DNA of 63,986 nt, filler included, from Reticulomyxa filosa (GCA_000512085.1; 17 parts of 17 records of this genome joined end to end with filler, not necessarily neighbours in it), one strand, 5' to 3'. Shown: positions 24,433-36,708, counted from the whole stretch's first letter. Notes: generated from the sequence alone by a model not told the origin. A program made the numbers and translations.

Positions 24433-24746
24433 GGCTGCGTAGCTTAATATGTAAAGCCCGCCGAATTTATAGTGACTTGATTACATTAGGGCCAGCCATC
24501 TTTGGATAGTTCTTCGGAACTTCTGGGGGTGGTTCAATCTCAAAAGGGTTGATAGGTTGGCCAGTGTGTTGGGGTGCGTCTTGATTGTATATTGTACTAA
24601 GTCGCAGGGTCATATACATTCTTGCCTACACACTGACACACGATCGTTTATATTGCTGGTAGCAATATTGGCAATGTGAGCGGTCGTGCAATGTAGCAAC
24701 TCACTATAATGTAGCGTAGATGCGGGTTCGAGTCCTGCCTCTGACC
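24433..24746 (+). ncRNA. tRNA-like structured element with ~240-nt insert, copy 3 (best preserved)
   Basis: A box at 24440; B box GGTTCGAGTCC at 24725; GTTC-TTCG-GAAC hairpin at 24509-24520; long GCAA-capped hairpin at 24639-24688; TTATAGTGA/TCACTATAA closing helix. Confidence 0.75.
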
Positions 24747-25908
24747 TTTATTAAAAAAAAAAACAAAATTTATTTTATTTTTTAAAGTTAATAGCAAAAA
24801 TATGTGCTTTTACATTGTAGTGTTGATTTATTTAAATTTAGAAGTTCCATATGGATTGTTGGTGCTGTTCACGTGATTGTGGCTATTGTAATGGTAAAAT
24901 GATTGAGGCTGTCGCAATTGTTTTGGACACAGTGGGGCGTTGTTAAGTGTTTTATGGCGCACTACGCAAATACTTGCTATCACTTGGAATTGGCCGATGC
25001 GTTTGTAAAAGTAGTAGATTGATCATATATGTCAATGGTAAGAATGTACTTACAATGATGATCCAAGATTTGAAATTTAGGTTTTATCTTCTTGGCACAG
25101 CGAGCAAGTTGTTACATCCGGCATTTTTCTCCAAAATCTGCATGTGATCTTTTGACAGCGTCGCCATAACCAAACGAGGTCCATGCGTAAATCAACATGT
25201 CATTGTCTTTATGGATTATTGCCCATTTTTTTGCAACTTTCATCATCTCCAATAGCTTTCATAAATATTGGCTCCTTTTTGTTTTGTTTTTTTTAAGTTT
25301 CATCTTCAAGTTGTGTCAACATTTTCATTGTTTATTTGTTTTAATCAACTCTAAAGATCCCACATTTGTAAAATCATAAGCATAAATCAATAAATCTACT
25401 TTGGGTAAATCAAATTAATACATTTGTATTATGAGTAGGAATCAATTAAAACTTATTTGATGGTAATGTCCAGTCTGTAGGAATTTATATTCTTCGTGTA
25501 GAAAGGAGTAATAGACCTTGAGAAGAAAAAAGACGAACGACGGCCTACCAAAAAAACGAGGACGATAGGATGAACAATACCAGTTCTGTGCTCGGAGGGA
25601 TACGTCCAATCGATCCTTCTGCAGTTAAGCTGTTCGTTGCAGTAGTTTAGTTTCAAAAGTTCAAAATCATCCCCCAAAGTACGTTGCAACATTTTTTTTT
25701 GGAAAGCTCTTTTTTTTAAATGGACTTCTTTTTTGTTTTTTGTTTGTCAAACTTTTTTTACTTTCTTTCGCGTCGGCTGTAGTGGTAATGCAATATACAT
25801 TATGTTTTTATTGACCACGCAGGTTAAAAAGGCAAACAAGGATTTTTTCAAAAGATTGATATCTAACAATTCGAAATATTTATCAATATTTTTCTTCAAA
25901 ACAGGATA

Positions 25909-26793
25909 ATGACCGCAGAACCAATCAAAAGTGAAGAACAATGCGTATCACTTCCAATCCCAGCTGGAGACGACAATAAGCGTCTATATGAAATTCCTCC
26001 GACATACTCTGGTTGTGTCGAAAATGTAATAATTGTGTTGGGCCAATGTCTACAGCCAGACGGTTCCCCGCATCCATGGCTGATCGACAGGGTCAACGGT
26101 GCTACGAGCCTGTTGAAAACAAGACGTTTACCTCTTCCGCACTCTCCAACAAAGCCGATGACAAAGCAAAAGCGTCAGAGCAAATCAAGACATTATTTAT
26201 AGTGACAGGAAGTGACGTTTCTAACACAAAGACGAAAGACGAGTCTACCAAGCACGTCATATGACCGAAGCGAAATGATGTACCGTCTTCTGAGAGAGCG
26301 TAATATTCCTTCAGAAAACATAGTTTTAGAAGGCAAAGCAACAAACACAATGGAGAATTTTTATTATTGTTTCCTGCTTTTGCACCAAGCACATGTTTCG
26401 TCTTTGAAGTTGAGATGTTAGAATTGTTCATGGACAGCCAAACCAAACAATTCTTTCCAAAAAAAAAAAATGGGAGGTAGGTCACTATTTGTCGTTACCA
26501 GTGACTTTCATATTAAACGGTCCCGTTATTACTTTGGACATCTTTTTCGGGTCGAGTTATTTTCTATTTCAAATCCCAAGCAATCCATTATAGAAACTAC
26601 AGTGAAGGCTGAGCTTGTGGATTTCATTGCTGCTCGTTCCAACTGCGGAAAATGGAAATTCGAAAAAGAAGAAAACATACTCAAACACAAGCTATATAAT
26701 GAATTTTCTAAAGAAACGGCAAAGACATTTTGGAGCAATAAGTTGGCCGACGAAAAAAGAGACAAAAGCTGGAAGGTGTCGATCATTTCTTAA
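25909..26793 (+). CDS. DUF218 (YdcF/ElyC/SanA-like) protein; frameshifted in this assembly
   Basis: IIVLGQCLQPDG..WLIDRV, LFIVTGSD, TEA/EMMYRLL, IVLEGKATNTMEN and VVTSDFHIKRS motifs, spread over three reading frames. Confidence 0.8.
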
Positions 26794-27183
26794 AACTATT
26801 AACGCATAGTGCACAGTGCAATGGATAAATAAATTGCGTAAGGATGTGCAATCTAATAATTTTTGTGATATCCATTGTCAAATTCATTCTTTGCTAGTTT
26901 TTTTGTGCAATAGAAAACGTTTTTTTTTTAGATGCAAGCCATAAACAAGCCTAAGTTTTCATGTAGATTCAAGGGAGAACCTAAATATATTACAAAAAAT
27001 TATTCGATATTTTCTGGTCACACACTTATTTTTTAAATAATATTAACAAATGATGCTTGATAATTTTTTTGCCTTGTTCAATTTTATGTGCTTTAGTTTG
27101 TCATGCAACTGCTAATTAGAAAAATAAACAAATCTAGAAGTGGAACGTTCTAAACGGAGGGGAAAAAAAAAAAGAGGATTCTG

Positions 27184-28095
27184 ATGACCAAAGCAGTATT
27201 TTCCTGGAAAACTGGCATCAGTGGACGATCATCAGTTCGTTTATGGAAACCATTGGAAAGAATCCCACGAGTGTATGTTGGCGTTGGAAATCCCACAAAT
27301 GAGTACAAAGACTGTCGGCACAACATAGGTAGGGATTTTTTGGATTATTTTGCAAAGCAATTGTGTTTACAATGGCACAACATCGCAATTAATGAACAAG
27401 AAAACAAGAAAGAGAATCATGCACATAAAAATCAGCTCCCCAATCAAAACATCGGTTTAGAGTGCCAAGTGGCATATTTTCGAGAAGGATCGCTCTTATT
27501 TGTGAAATCCAACCGATACATGAACATGACGGGGGTAGTATTATCACAATTGCTAAATGAAATGCGAAGGCCAATCCAAGACGTAGTAATAATCCACGAC
27601 TGTTTGTACACCAAATTTGGAACATGGAGACATCAAAGAGGCAAAGGACATTTGTAAGTCATTTGTTTGTTTGTGGGAAAGTCGAAATGTCCGAAATTTC
27701 CAAATATTTCTGTCCACGAAGCTACAAATTTTGTGTGTGTGTTTCTGCGTTCGGGTAATCGATCTAGTGGTCATCCCGCGATAGAATCAATAATTGAGTA
27801 TTGTGGAAACGGATTTGAACGTTTTCGTGTTGGCATTGGTAACCCTCCAGTGATGCGTGACGATCTTCTTGCAAAATATGTTTGTAACAAATGGACTGCC
27901 AAAGAGAAACAATGGCTGTACAATCAAACATTTGATTCCATAATTTATCATGTGCTGAACAGTGTGTTGGCTGAAACAGAACATATCCCATGGACTCCAG
28001 AAATGGACAAAATAGATCCCACTTTACGATTTTACAAGCCGCATTTGTTACCACCGGCCGAAGGATATTGGCCAGAGGTTAATGACAAAGTGTAA
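27184..28095 (+). CDS. PTH1: Peptidyl-tRNA hydrolase (bacterial-type Pth, probably mitochondrial), one intron
   Basis: VGVGNP..Y...RHNIG, YMNMTG, IIHD, GH and RFRVGIG motifs; basic N-terminal extension. Confidence 0.88.
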
Positions 28096-28491
28096 CTGTA
28101 ACAAAACTAATCAATTTCTGGGTTTTTTCAAAAAATTTATTAATAAAAGTAAAACTAAACTAAATGCCTTAAAATCGATCTCCTAAAAAAAATTGAGTCA
28201 TTTTTACTTTCATACTTTTACCTCGAAGCATGACACTTTTTGTGATGCTTTTGATTATTTTAATAATACTGCTCTACTTACGAATTATTCATCTGTTCAC
28301 TTTCCCATGTGCAAATCAATGCGTCTGTTTTTTTGGATTAATTCATTTTAACTTTGTTTTATACTGAAGTTGGGATTTGCATTAGGAAAAATTGAAGATT
28401 TGGTTATATGTTTTCGCTTACTTTGTATGCGGCCTTAATAAAAATTTTTAAAAGTCTGGAAGTATTTCTTTCGTTTTTCTCAGAGGTCGAT

Positions 28492-31400
28492 ATGTCTCAA
28501 ATATCGTCGTTTTGTACACTCAATAATTGCGTACAAGGATGTCCATTTCGAGACTATTGTGCTTGGACTCACATTATCCCAGGACATTTTGTAACTATTC
28601 GTAATATTCAGAACCAAGATGATTTAGGGATACTAAAAAATTTACTAACACGTAATTTGATGTTTTAATCTTTTCTTTTTGTATACGCCGTAAACTGAGT
28701 TGTATTAACCAAAAAAAAGTGGTTCTCCAGAACGAATTTTACCATATGCACGGATATTCGGATCAACCAAAGTGTTGCACGATTGAATTTTGTTCTGCAA
28801 AGGTCAGATATATCCAGTTCTGAGAGAGGAGAGAAAAAGATGTACAACACGTACAAAGACGACACAAAACATAACAATGAGAATAGACACGTGATGAGGC
28901 AATTTACAAGTTAAAAATGTGGGGCAGCGACAAAGGCGTCCTTTTTTCAACTGAGTCCCCTAAAGAAGTCGATTCGAGTTCTTTTTTTTATTTCGCAACT
29001 TTTTTTTAACATTTTCAATTTACATAAACAAACAAATAAAAAAATAATCATATAGAATCGGTAATTTTATTAAATTGAACACGTTTTTGAACATACAGCA
29101 AAAAGAAAAACGTATACACGTTTTTTTTTTTGTGTGTGCGTATATAGGGGAAAAAAACTGAATCGAAACAAAGAAAACAATTATGTCGTAACTTCAACAG
29201 TGTTCAGGGTTGTCCCGAAGGAAAAAATTGCGAACAGCGACATATGACACGAAGCAAGTTTTTGACGATAACAAATCTCCCAGACGTAATCAATAGTTTT
29301 TCTAAACTCAGAACGTTTGTTCGAAGTGCGTTTGATCGGCCTCCCCAGTTTAATATTCATAGTTGCGGTAATTTTCGCAAGTGTTATTCCCTGGAATTTG
29401 CCACCGAAAAAGTGTGTGGCATTTTTCCTTGCCTTTTTATAATCTATCTTTTCCGCGTTTTTCACAAACGCAAATTATAACAAACGATATATTTTGTATT
29501 GTTTTCGATTGTGACAAACTTTGCTTAGCATCGCGCAGCAGTGGAAAAGAAGCTTGAACCATTTGTGAAGAATGGAATTCAAGTAAATTACAATTCTCCA
29601 AAACAGACTTATTCTATTCTCAGTTGATACTACCTTTTCTTTTTTTTTTTAATGAAAATAGAAAATATTTAGGTTGGATTTTATGAAATATAGATCACGA
29701 AGACAACCCAGAAACAAGACCAAGAAAGATATGTAATCACTTTAACACCCCGAAAGGATGTTGGAAAGGTAATAATTGCCCGTTTCAACACGTGAACAAC
29801 AACTCATCCCAAATTGACAACAACCCGTTTCAATCAGGTATTGCTAATCCTTTCCAACAAGGCATTACTAATCCTTTCCAACAAAATGTTATTAATCCTT
29901 TCCAACAAGGTGTTATTAATCCTTTCCAACAAAATATTACTAATCCTTTCCAATACATTGATAACCAGTCATCGTCAAAGCACTCCGAATACAAGCCATT
30001 TCCGAATGGCGTGTGCTGGTATTTCAACACTCCAAAAGGTTGTAGTGCCGACAAGTGCGAATACAGCCATGTGCAGATCAGTGTGGAAGAGAAAAAAATG
30101 ATCAAATGTCCACAAAAGAAGTGCTCAGGTCGATGTCCCTTTGCACACAACAATGTCAATCACGACGATGCTGAGACAAACACATTTTGCACAAGATTCA
30201 ACTCCACACAGGGATGCAGAGGCAATTATAGATGCTTGAAAAAACACATTAAACCACCTATTTGTCTTACTGTTTATCATGTTCCATCGTTTATGAACAA
30301 ACACGAATATATTCTCTCATTGTTGGTAACTCCTCTCGGCAAAGAGTTTATCTTTGTCCACAGCCATCCTGATTTTCCTGATTGTTACACAATCGAATTT
30401 TCTAATTCTGAGGTTTGTTCAAACTCTATTAAATATTTTTATACGTATGTATATCTTTAACATGCTTCTTTTGGTTTTGATCAGTCACGAGACAAAGCAA
30501 AAAATTATTTGCAAAATAAACTCGAGAATGAAGATATCAAGTATTCCGAACATTCACCGCTCGAAGCGGAATTTGAATGTAAAAGTTAAGATCTTGGTTG
30601 TTGTATCTCCTTTCCCATGCTTTTTTTTTTCTTTTTCTTTCGCCAAACTATTTGTGTAATGCAATGATACAACAGAAATGCGCTCCTCCAAGTCGACAAA
30701 GCGAGAAACAAAAGAAGACGAAAAAACCGAATCTCTTCTCCCCTTGAAGAAATTGGAAGCTGTTTGGGTAATCATATATATATTTTTTTGGATTTAATTT
30801 CCATTTCATTTTTATTTCACTTGCGAAACAGCGCAACAAAAAAAAAAAGGAATGGAGAGACGATGATACCATATTACGACCTTATCCCAAAGACGTGTCC
30901 AATCAATTGGAACAAGCAAAATTGGGCGAGAAAGTTAAGCATTTTTGGACTGGACTTAAACAAAATCAAATTTTTTCATTGCAATTTATGTATGTACGTA
31001 TATGTGTATATATACGCACACGTACGTGTTATAGGTAACACATACCACATCGGGATGGACTTATGAAATTACAAAAATTGCGAGTGGCAAAGCAATTCAA
31101 AGAAATGTTTCCAGCAAAAGAGAGAGAGAAGTATTGAGAACAGTCGTGGAAAGTTACGTTTTTTTAATTTCAAAGCACAACTCACAATTGACAATTCGCC
31201 AATGCATTACATATAAATAACAGTCACGTACACGATTTCTGGTTCCCCGGATTGGTGGGATGTGACTCGTTCGTCAAATGAAACAGTAGAATTTATGCAA
31301 ATCAGTTGGAAAAATCAAAAAACTGCCGTGGAAAAGTTTGCTGCGCAAGCGGTAAATGAATTTTACAGCACTTTGGATAAAAAGCAGTATGAAATTGTCG

Positions 31401-32135
31401 CTGTCTATTTCGTTCAAAATCAAGGGCTTTGGAAACTCCACAAAGCTTTAGAGAGTTCCTTTTTTATTTTTTTTTGTCCGACTGACTTTATATGTGATTT
31501 GATAAAACAATATAAAGACCATTGGATCCAAGATCAAAGGCTTTCTGATCAAACAATAAATGTTCGTTACTTATGGCATGGTAAGCATTTCATATGTCTA
31601 TTGCAAAACTCAATTTGACAAATATGTTTAACATGTATAGGTACGGATACAGCGACTGTGAAAAAGATTACAGAAAGAGTTTGTTTTTGCTTACTCTTTT
31701 TTTTTTTTTTTGCAAAAACAACCGATTATTGTTTGGAATGATCAAAAAAGGGCTTTTTACGAGATTACAATAAAACCCATGCTTATGGCAAAGGTGTTTA
31801 TTTCGCAAAAAATGCACAATATTCTATTAACGGTTACGCAAAGTTCGATAATCCCGACGGATATGCCGAATTGCTATATTGTCGCACCATATGTGGTGAA
31901 AGCGTGCGCGGAGCAGGAAGTTATATCAGGCCTCCTGACAAAAAACACGTGAAAACCCAAGAACATGAAACTATGGGTTGATAATGACTCTGATCCTACT
32001 ATATTTGTCACTTGCAACGATAATCAATGTTTGTTCTGTGCTTTTCTTTCTTTTATTTCTTTGATACATTTTTGAGTTGTTTTGTTGCTTACAGCTTATC
32101 CGTGCTTGGAGCTTATAGTCAAACGATTGAACTGA
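28492..32135 (+). CDS. CCCH zinc finger / RRM-like / PARP catalytic domain protein (PARP12/TIPARP/ZAP-like architecture), multi-exon
   Basis: CCCH fingers (CTLNNCVQGCPFRDYCAWTH; CWYFNTPKGCSADKCEYSH; CTRFNSTQGCRGNYRCLKKH). PARP core RYLWHGT, AYGKGVYFAKNAQYS, LLYCRTICG and DNQAYPCL. Could be more than one gene. Confidence 0.75.
29822..29953 (+). repeat. Coding 24-bp tandem repeat (six NPF motifs, NPFQQxxx)
   Basis: aatcctttccaacaa units spaced 24 bp apart, in frame with ORF 29792-30460. Confidence 0.9.
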
Positions 32136-32710
32136 ACACCACTTTCGCAAGATTGAAAATTTGTAAAAAAAAAACATTTTGACATTCAAGTACCTTTCTT
32201 TTCTTTGGTGTTTCTTTTGGCTTACTCATGAATTACAAGCATTTAATAGCTCGATAAATTAATGCCATTTTTACTTGTTTCTTCAAATCGAAAATTTTGA
32301 TATAATTAAACACGATAATGTTAGACAACATTTGTTGTGTTTTATTCGATAAAAAGCAGGAATACGATGACTATGAAGCATATTTTTAACTTCAATACTG
32401 CATTTGGCTTTGCTTTTTGGGAAATACCCCCAAACATGTAAAATATAAACGATTGGAATTTAGGACCTAGTGCAACCTTGCATAGTAATCATTGCTGATT
32501 AACAAAAGCAGGATAATATAGCAGCTTCAAAATAGGAAAATTTATAAAAAAGATAGCACAAATTTTTTCTTATTTCTTCATTTCATTATTTATGAAAAAT
32601 AGTGTGTTCAATTGTTTTGCCAAAAAAAAGTTGAAACAACACTGGAAAAGGCTAAAGGAGTTTTTTTTTTTTGCGCTTTTTTGGGTTCTGGTAAGGAGAA
32701 GGTTTTTATC

Positions 32711-34199
32711 ATGTCGGATCTGTCGGCAGCTCGTAGCTTTAGTCGCAAGCAAATTGAAAGTGCGGTGACTTGCGCGTTTGAGTATTTGCGTAAAGGTGAA
32801 AACGAAGGCCTAGAGCTTCCCAACGGCAAAGGCCTATTGTTGACAAAGAAAATGATTTAAACCTATTGATTGAATTAAAAGTGCTGCCACGTCGACGACT
32901 AACGTTTATGTCAATACCAATTCCATTAAAGCACAGCTTTCGAACAAAAGATGAGAATCATACATTGTGTGTGATCACTCGAACGAAAGATGCTCAAATT
33001 TGGGAAAACATTTTGCTGCACGATTACAAAATCAAAAATTTGGCAAAAATAATGGGTGTCAAAGAATTTTTGGCTCTTTACAAAGACAACACAGATGTAC
33101 AAAATTTGTGTGACATCTTTGACCTATTCATTGTCCATCCTTCCGTTTTCCATTTTGTAGTTCCGGTATTAACCGTTCCTTTGAAACAGAGAAACAAGTT
33201 ACTTAGAGTTACTTGAAAAAAAAAAATAATTTTTTTAACAATTACGATAATTCGCATGTTACATACTCACTTCTTTTGAACAACTAAAACTTAAAAAATA
33301 TGTGTCTGGCAAAAACTACAAAATAAGATATTGTTGTCTCGATTGAGATGGTATATTTGTATACATATAAAAGTAATTTAAAAAAATTAACAAAAAAATG
33401 AACATTCAGAGCACTAGCGATTTTGCCAGATGACAAATTCTTGAATGGAATGTACAACCCAACCAAAGTTCCACGGGAATTATCAAAGAGCGATGAGAAA
33501 GAAATGAACAACGAGTTAGAAAAGATCCGACAAAAATTTGAAACGACTTTGGAAGAGGATGAGGAAGCCCACGATAACAAAAAAGAGTTAGCAAAGAAAT
33601 TGACCAAAGAGGAGAACGAAATTACAAAAAAATATCAAAAAAAAGCACAAGACCAATACAACGAACGTTTCATGGATTTACAGAGCAGAATTCGAGAGTC
33701 ATTGGCTAAAAAAATTGCAATGTATCGTGACAGTACATTTTTGTCGAATTATCATCATACACATAAATTTGTTAAAATTGCGGAATGGGGAGGTGGAGAT
33801 GACACTCAAAGCACCAATCAGCAGATCAAAGAGGTGATTGAAAATATTGAATGCGTTTTAAAATATTTACCTATGTTGATCCCCAACGGTGGCCTCGATA
33901 ATATATTGAGAATATCTTTGCACATTGGTAATACCACTCTACAGCTTCCATTTTATCATAACATTATGCCGCATCCATTATTTACAATCTCAGAGTTATC
34001 CAAGAACGAGGGGCCAGATACAAATGGCGCGCAAATAGATTACAGTTGCAAAAGGGATGAAAGTGCGTTACCTTCCGATAGCAAAGATATGCTCATTAAA
34101 ACCTTATCTCATTGCAGGAATTTGGTGGATTTACATAAGAAAGCTAACATTTCTCAATGCTCGAACCCAGTTCTTAATGGAAATAAAAACTTAAAGTAA
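32711..34199 (+). CDS. RSL1D1: Ribosomal L1 domain-containing protein (RSL1D1/Utp30/Cic1-like), spliced, one apparent frameshift
   Basis: SRKQIESAVTCAFEY, IPIPLKHSF..LCVITR, LCDIFDLFIV and VIENIECVLKYLP..GGLDNILRISLH..LPFY fit the Ribosomal_L1 nucleolar family. Confidence 0.7.
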
Positions 34200-34965
34200 A
34201 ACTTAAAAAAAATGTTGTTGATTGTTATTTTCTTCGTTTTTTGTTTTATCTTGACGTTATTCGAAGTCAATTTGTAGTGCCTCAACTGCATTATAATACT
34301 AAAATTCCACTTTGTGCACATATCTTGTACTTGCAATATACAAAAAAAACCCTTACAGACATCGCAATTTTATTCATAAAAAAGTAAATTTTTAAAAATA
34401 TTTGAGAAAAAAAACAAAGATAGGAATGCCTTAGCTTTTGATTTTAAATGTGAGATGAAAGGACATACTCATATTATTGAAAAGAAAACATCTTGCTTTC
34501 TGATTTTCACTTGAAAAGCTTATAATTCATCTGACTTGGGTATGAGACCATTAACAAACAGATGCAGATTAGATTGTATAAATACCTTTCTGAAACTTTC
34601 CATGACTTGTTTGTGTATAATATAACAACAGATTGGACGTTGTGTTTAATAAATATGTTTCGCATTTGTTCTAGTTGATTTTTAAAACCAAAATATTTGA
34701 CGAATTATGAACACGTTCAAATGGAATGTTAAGCCCAATGATCACAAAAACATTTTTTGGAAAAGTAATAATTTTTATTATCAATGAGTACGAACGCTTG
34801 AAAGGTTCAATTGTCTTAGAATAGGCTCAATTTTTCAAATTGTGGCTTATAAATGTCGGTCATATACACAGATAAACACTGTTATAATATATTTTTTCTT
34901 CAAGGGTTTTGTGATTTTGCATTCTTTTTTTGAAAAGAGGTCTATTTTGTTGCGAAAGAAAAAAG

Positions 34966-36301
34966 TCAGTGAGATAAAATATAATCAATAAGATTAGAAA
35001 ATTTATTGGATTTATGCCATTTCTTTTTAAAAACAAGTGTAGACTCCAAGAACCACTTATTTAGCGACACATTAATAATAGAATGAGTTGGGGGCAAAAT
35101 CTCGCTTTGGATAGTTTCATTTACATGTTGAGAAAGAAAACTCCACGGGCCTATGTCAGGTAAAAAGCTACGCAGATTATTTCCAGCAATGGCAGCATGG
35201 AGACAAAAAGTAGAAGTGCCACAAATCAAATAGGGAACATGCATCATAAGATTGAAATCACTGACAATATTATTATTTATTAGTTGGAAAGTTAAATTGA
35301 CGTGGTGATTGGCATAATGTTCATGTAATTTATCGCGAAAAGCAGAAACAAGTCGACGACAGGAGGGCAAGTTCACTTGGTCTGAATGTCTGTGGACACC
35401 ATTTGTTGAAAGTTGCGAAATGATGTATATGTTTAACTCTGTTGTTGAGTTGCTATTCATTTCCGCAAGTATTTGATCAAAAATGTGAAGATAGTAATTG
35501 AGTGTCATAAAATGGTATAATTCGTGGCCAAACAGTATATCACCACACCGGAAGTGAATTGCAATGATACTATTTTTGCTGTTTTCATCAAATATCAATG
35601 ACAGATCGTGATTGATAACCGAAAGAAAAGATGTTTTTTTTTTTTAAGTATGTCCAAATAAAAATTACGTTATTTTTTTGTTTACACTGAGAGTATAAAA
35701 AAAATAATAACCTGGACAGACTTTCGTTGTGAATTGTCTTGACATCAGAGTTATTTTTGGACTGAAAGTATTCTGCAATTGCTTTGCGGGTATCTTGGCG
35801 AAGAATCGGAAGAAAATATCGGTTATAAAATGTGAGCAGGAATGCTGATGAGTGAGGATACCTCATTTCATAAATCAATTCAAAAGACACTCCCAATTTT
35901 TTCAATTTTTCTTTGAAAAGTAGTGTCGCACTATCTGATAGATTTTCGTCTGTGGAATTGTTCCAGTTCGATGTATACAGCGTCCTCATTGGCAAATACG
36001 GTAAAAATGTTGTTTGGTACGAGCCAATCCAATTATCTCGCATTTGTTGCGGCATTTCAAAGCCCTTTTGTTCCCAGAAAGATATCGATCGGCCATACCA
36101 ATATACAGAGAGACGATTCCCAAAACCTGACGTTTCTCGCACTGGTATGACGTTGAACACCATCGTTTCATTATATACTTTGCGTGAATAGAAAGAGGTG
36201 TTACAGCTTTGGCACGACGAAGAGAAGTAAAAAAATAAAGAGACAGCACTGGCCAGTGTAAACAAGATGAAGGCAATAATAGAGCGTTTACGAAAAATCA
36301 T
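34966..36301 (-). CDS. Type II membrane glycosyltransferase, alpha-1,2-fucosyltransferase (GT11)-like, one intron
   Basis: N-terminal signal anchor; GFGNRL motif; IAIHFRCGD (HxRxGD GDP-fucose motif); DF.LM...LICGTSTF. Confidence 0.75.
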
Positions 36302-36708
36302 AATAAAATACCTTCCAAGCTGGTCGATAGCTTTAACAACTTGGGGCTCGCAAAAACTAAGTGTTCCGTTCCTTTCACTTTTCTTCTACTTTCCCAAAAA
36401 ACAGGAATAAATGATCGAGGTTGCATTTTTCAAAAGTATTTGTTGAAAGAAAGATGATATGTTAAGTCTGAATGTGAAAATTAAATTCAGAGTTCATTTG
36501 TTTTCACAATACTGCATTTTAAAAGCTCACTTTTGATATGATATCGCATATATAAATTAGTCTTCCAAAGCGAAAATAAAGAGATATCACAGATTAAATA
36601 AGCTGTAATTAAAATGGAAAGTGTTGAACACAAGGAATGAGGGAAATTGAGTTGGTAATTTACTTGTTCCCCCCAAATAAATCAAACATCAAACACTAAA
36701 CACCAAAA

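Noticed and set aside
24433-24746. Canonical tRNA, tmRNA, group I intron-containing tRNA, SRP RNA or telomerase RNA
   Set aside because: No G18G19 and a poor acceptor stem. By eye I could find no Ala G3:U70 acceptor or tag ORF, no group I P7 core motifs, no SRP helix-8 motif and no CCCTAA-type template. A covariance-model search is still needed.
24830-25640. Possible minus-strand hydrolase-like gene
   Set aside because: Multiple stops in all frames and no family I can name with confidence; probably a decayed pseudogene.
14607-28095. Operon-like cluster of bacterial-type genes (M20, DUF218, Pth) or bacterial contamination
   Set aside because: All three carry spliceosomal introns and are interspersed with eukaryote-specific genes.
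29822-29953. 24-bp periodic repeats resembling a CRISPR array
   Set aside because: No unique spacers of CRISPR length; in-frame NPFQQ peptide repeats in a eukaryotic gene.
31970-32870. Programmed frameshifting in the PARP (ATGGGTTGAT) and RSL1D1 genes
   Set aside because: Single-base indels in short homopolymers are most simply explained by sequencing error; no slippery-site or stimulator pattern.
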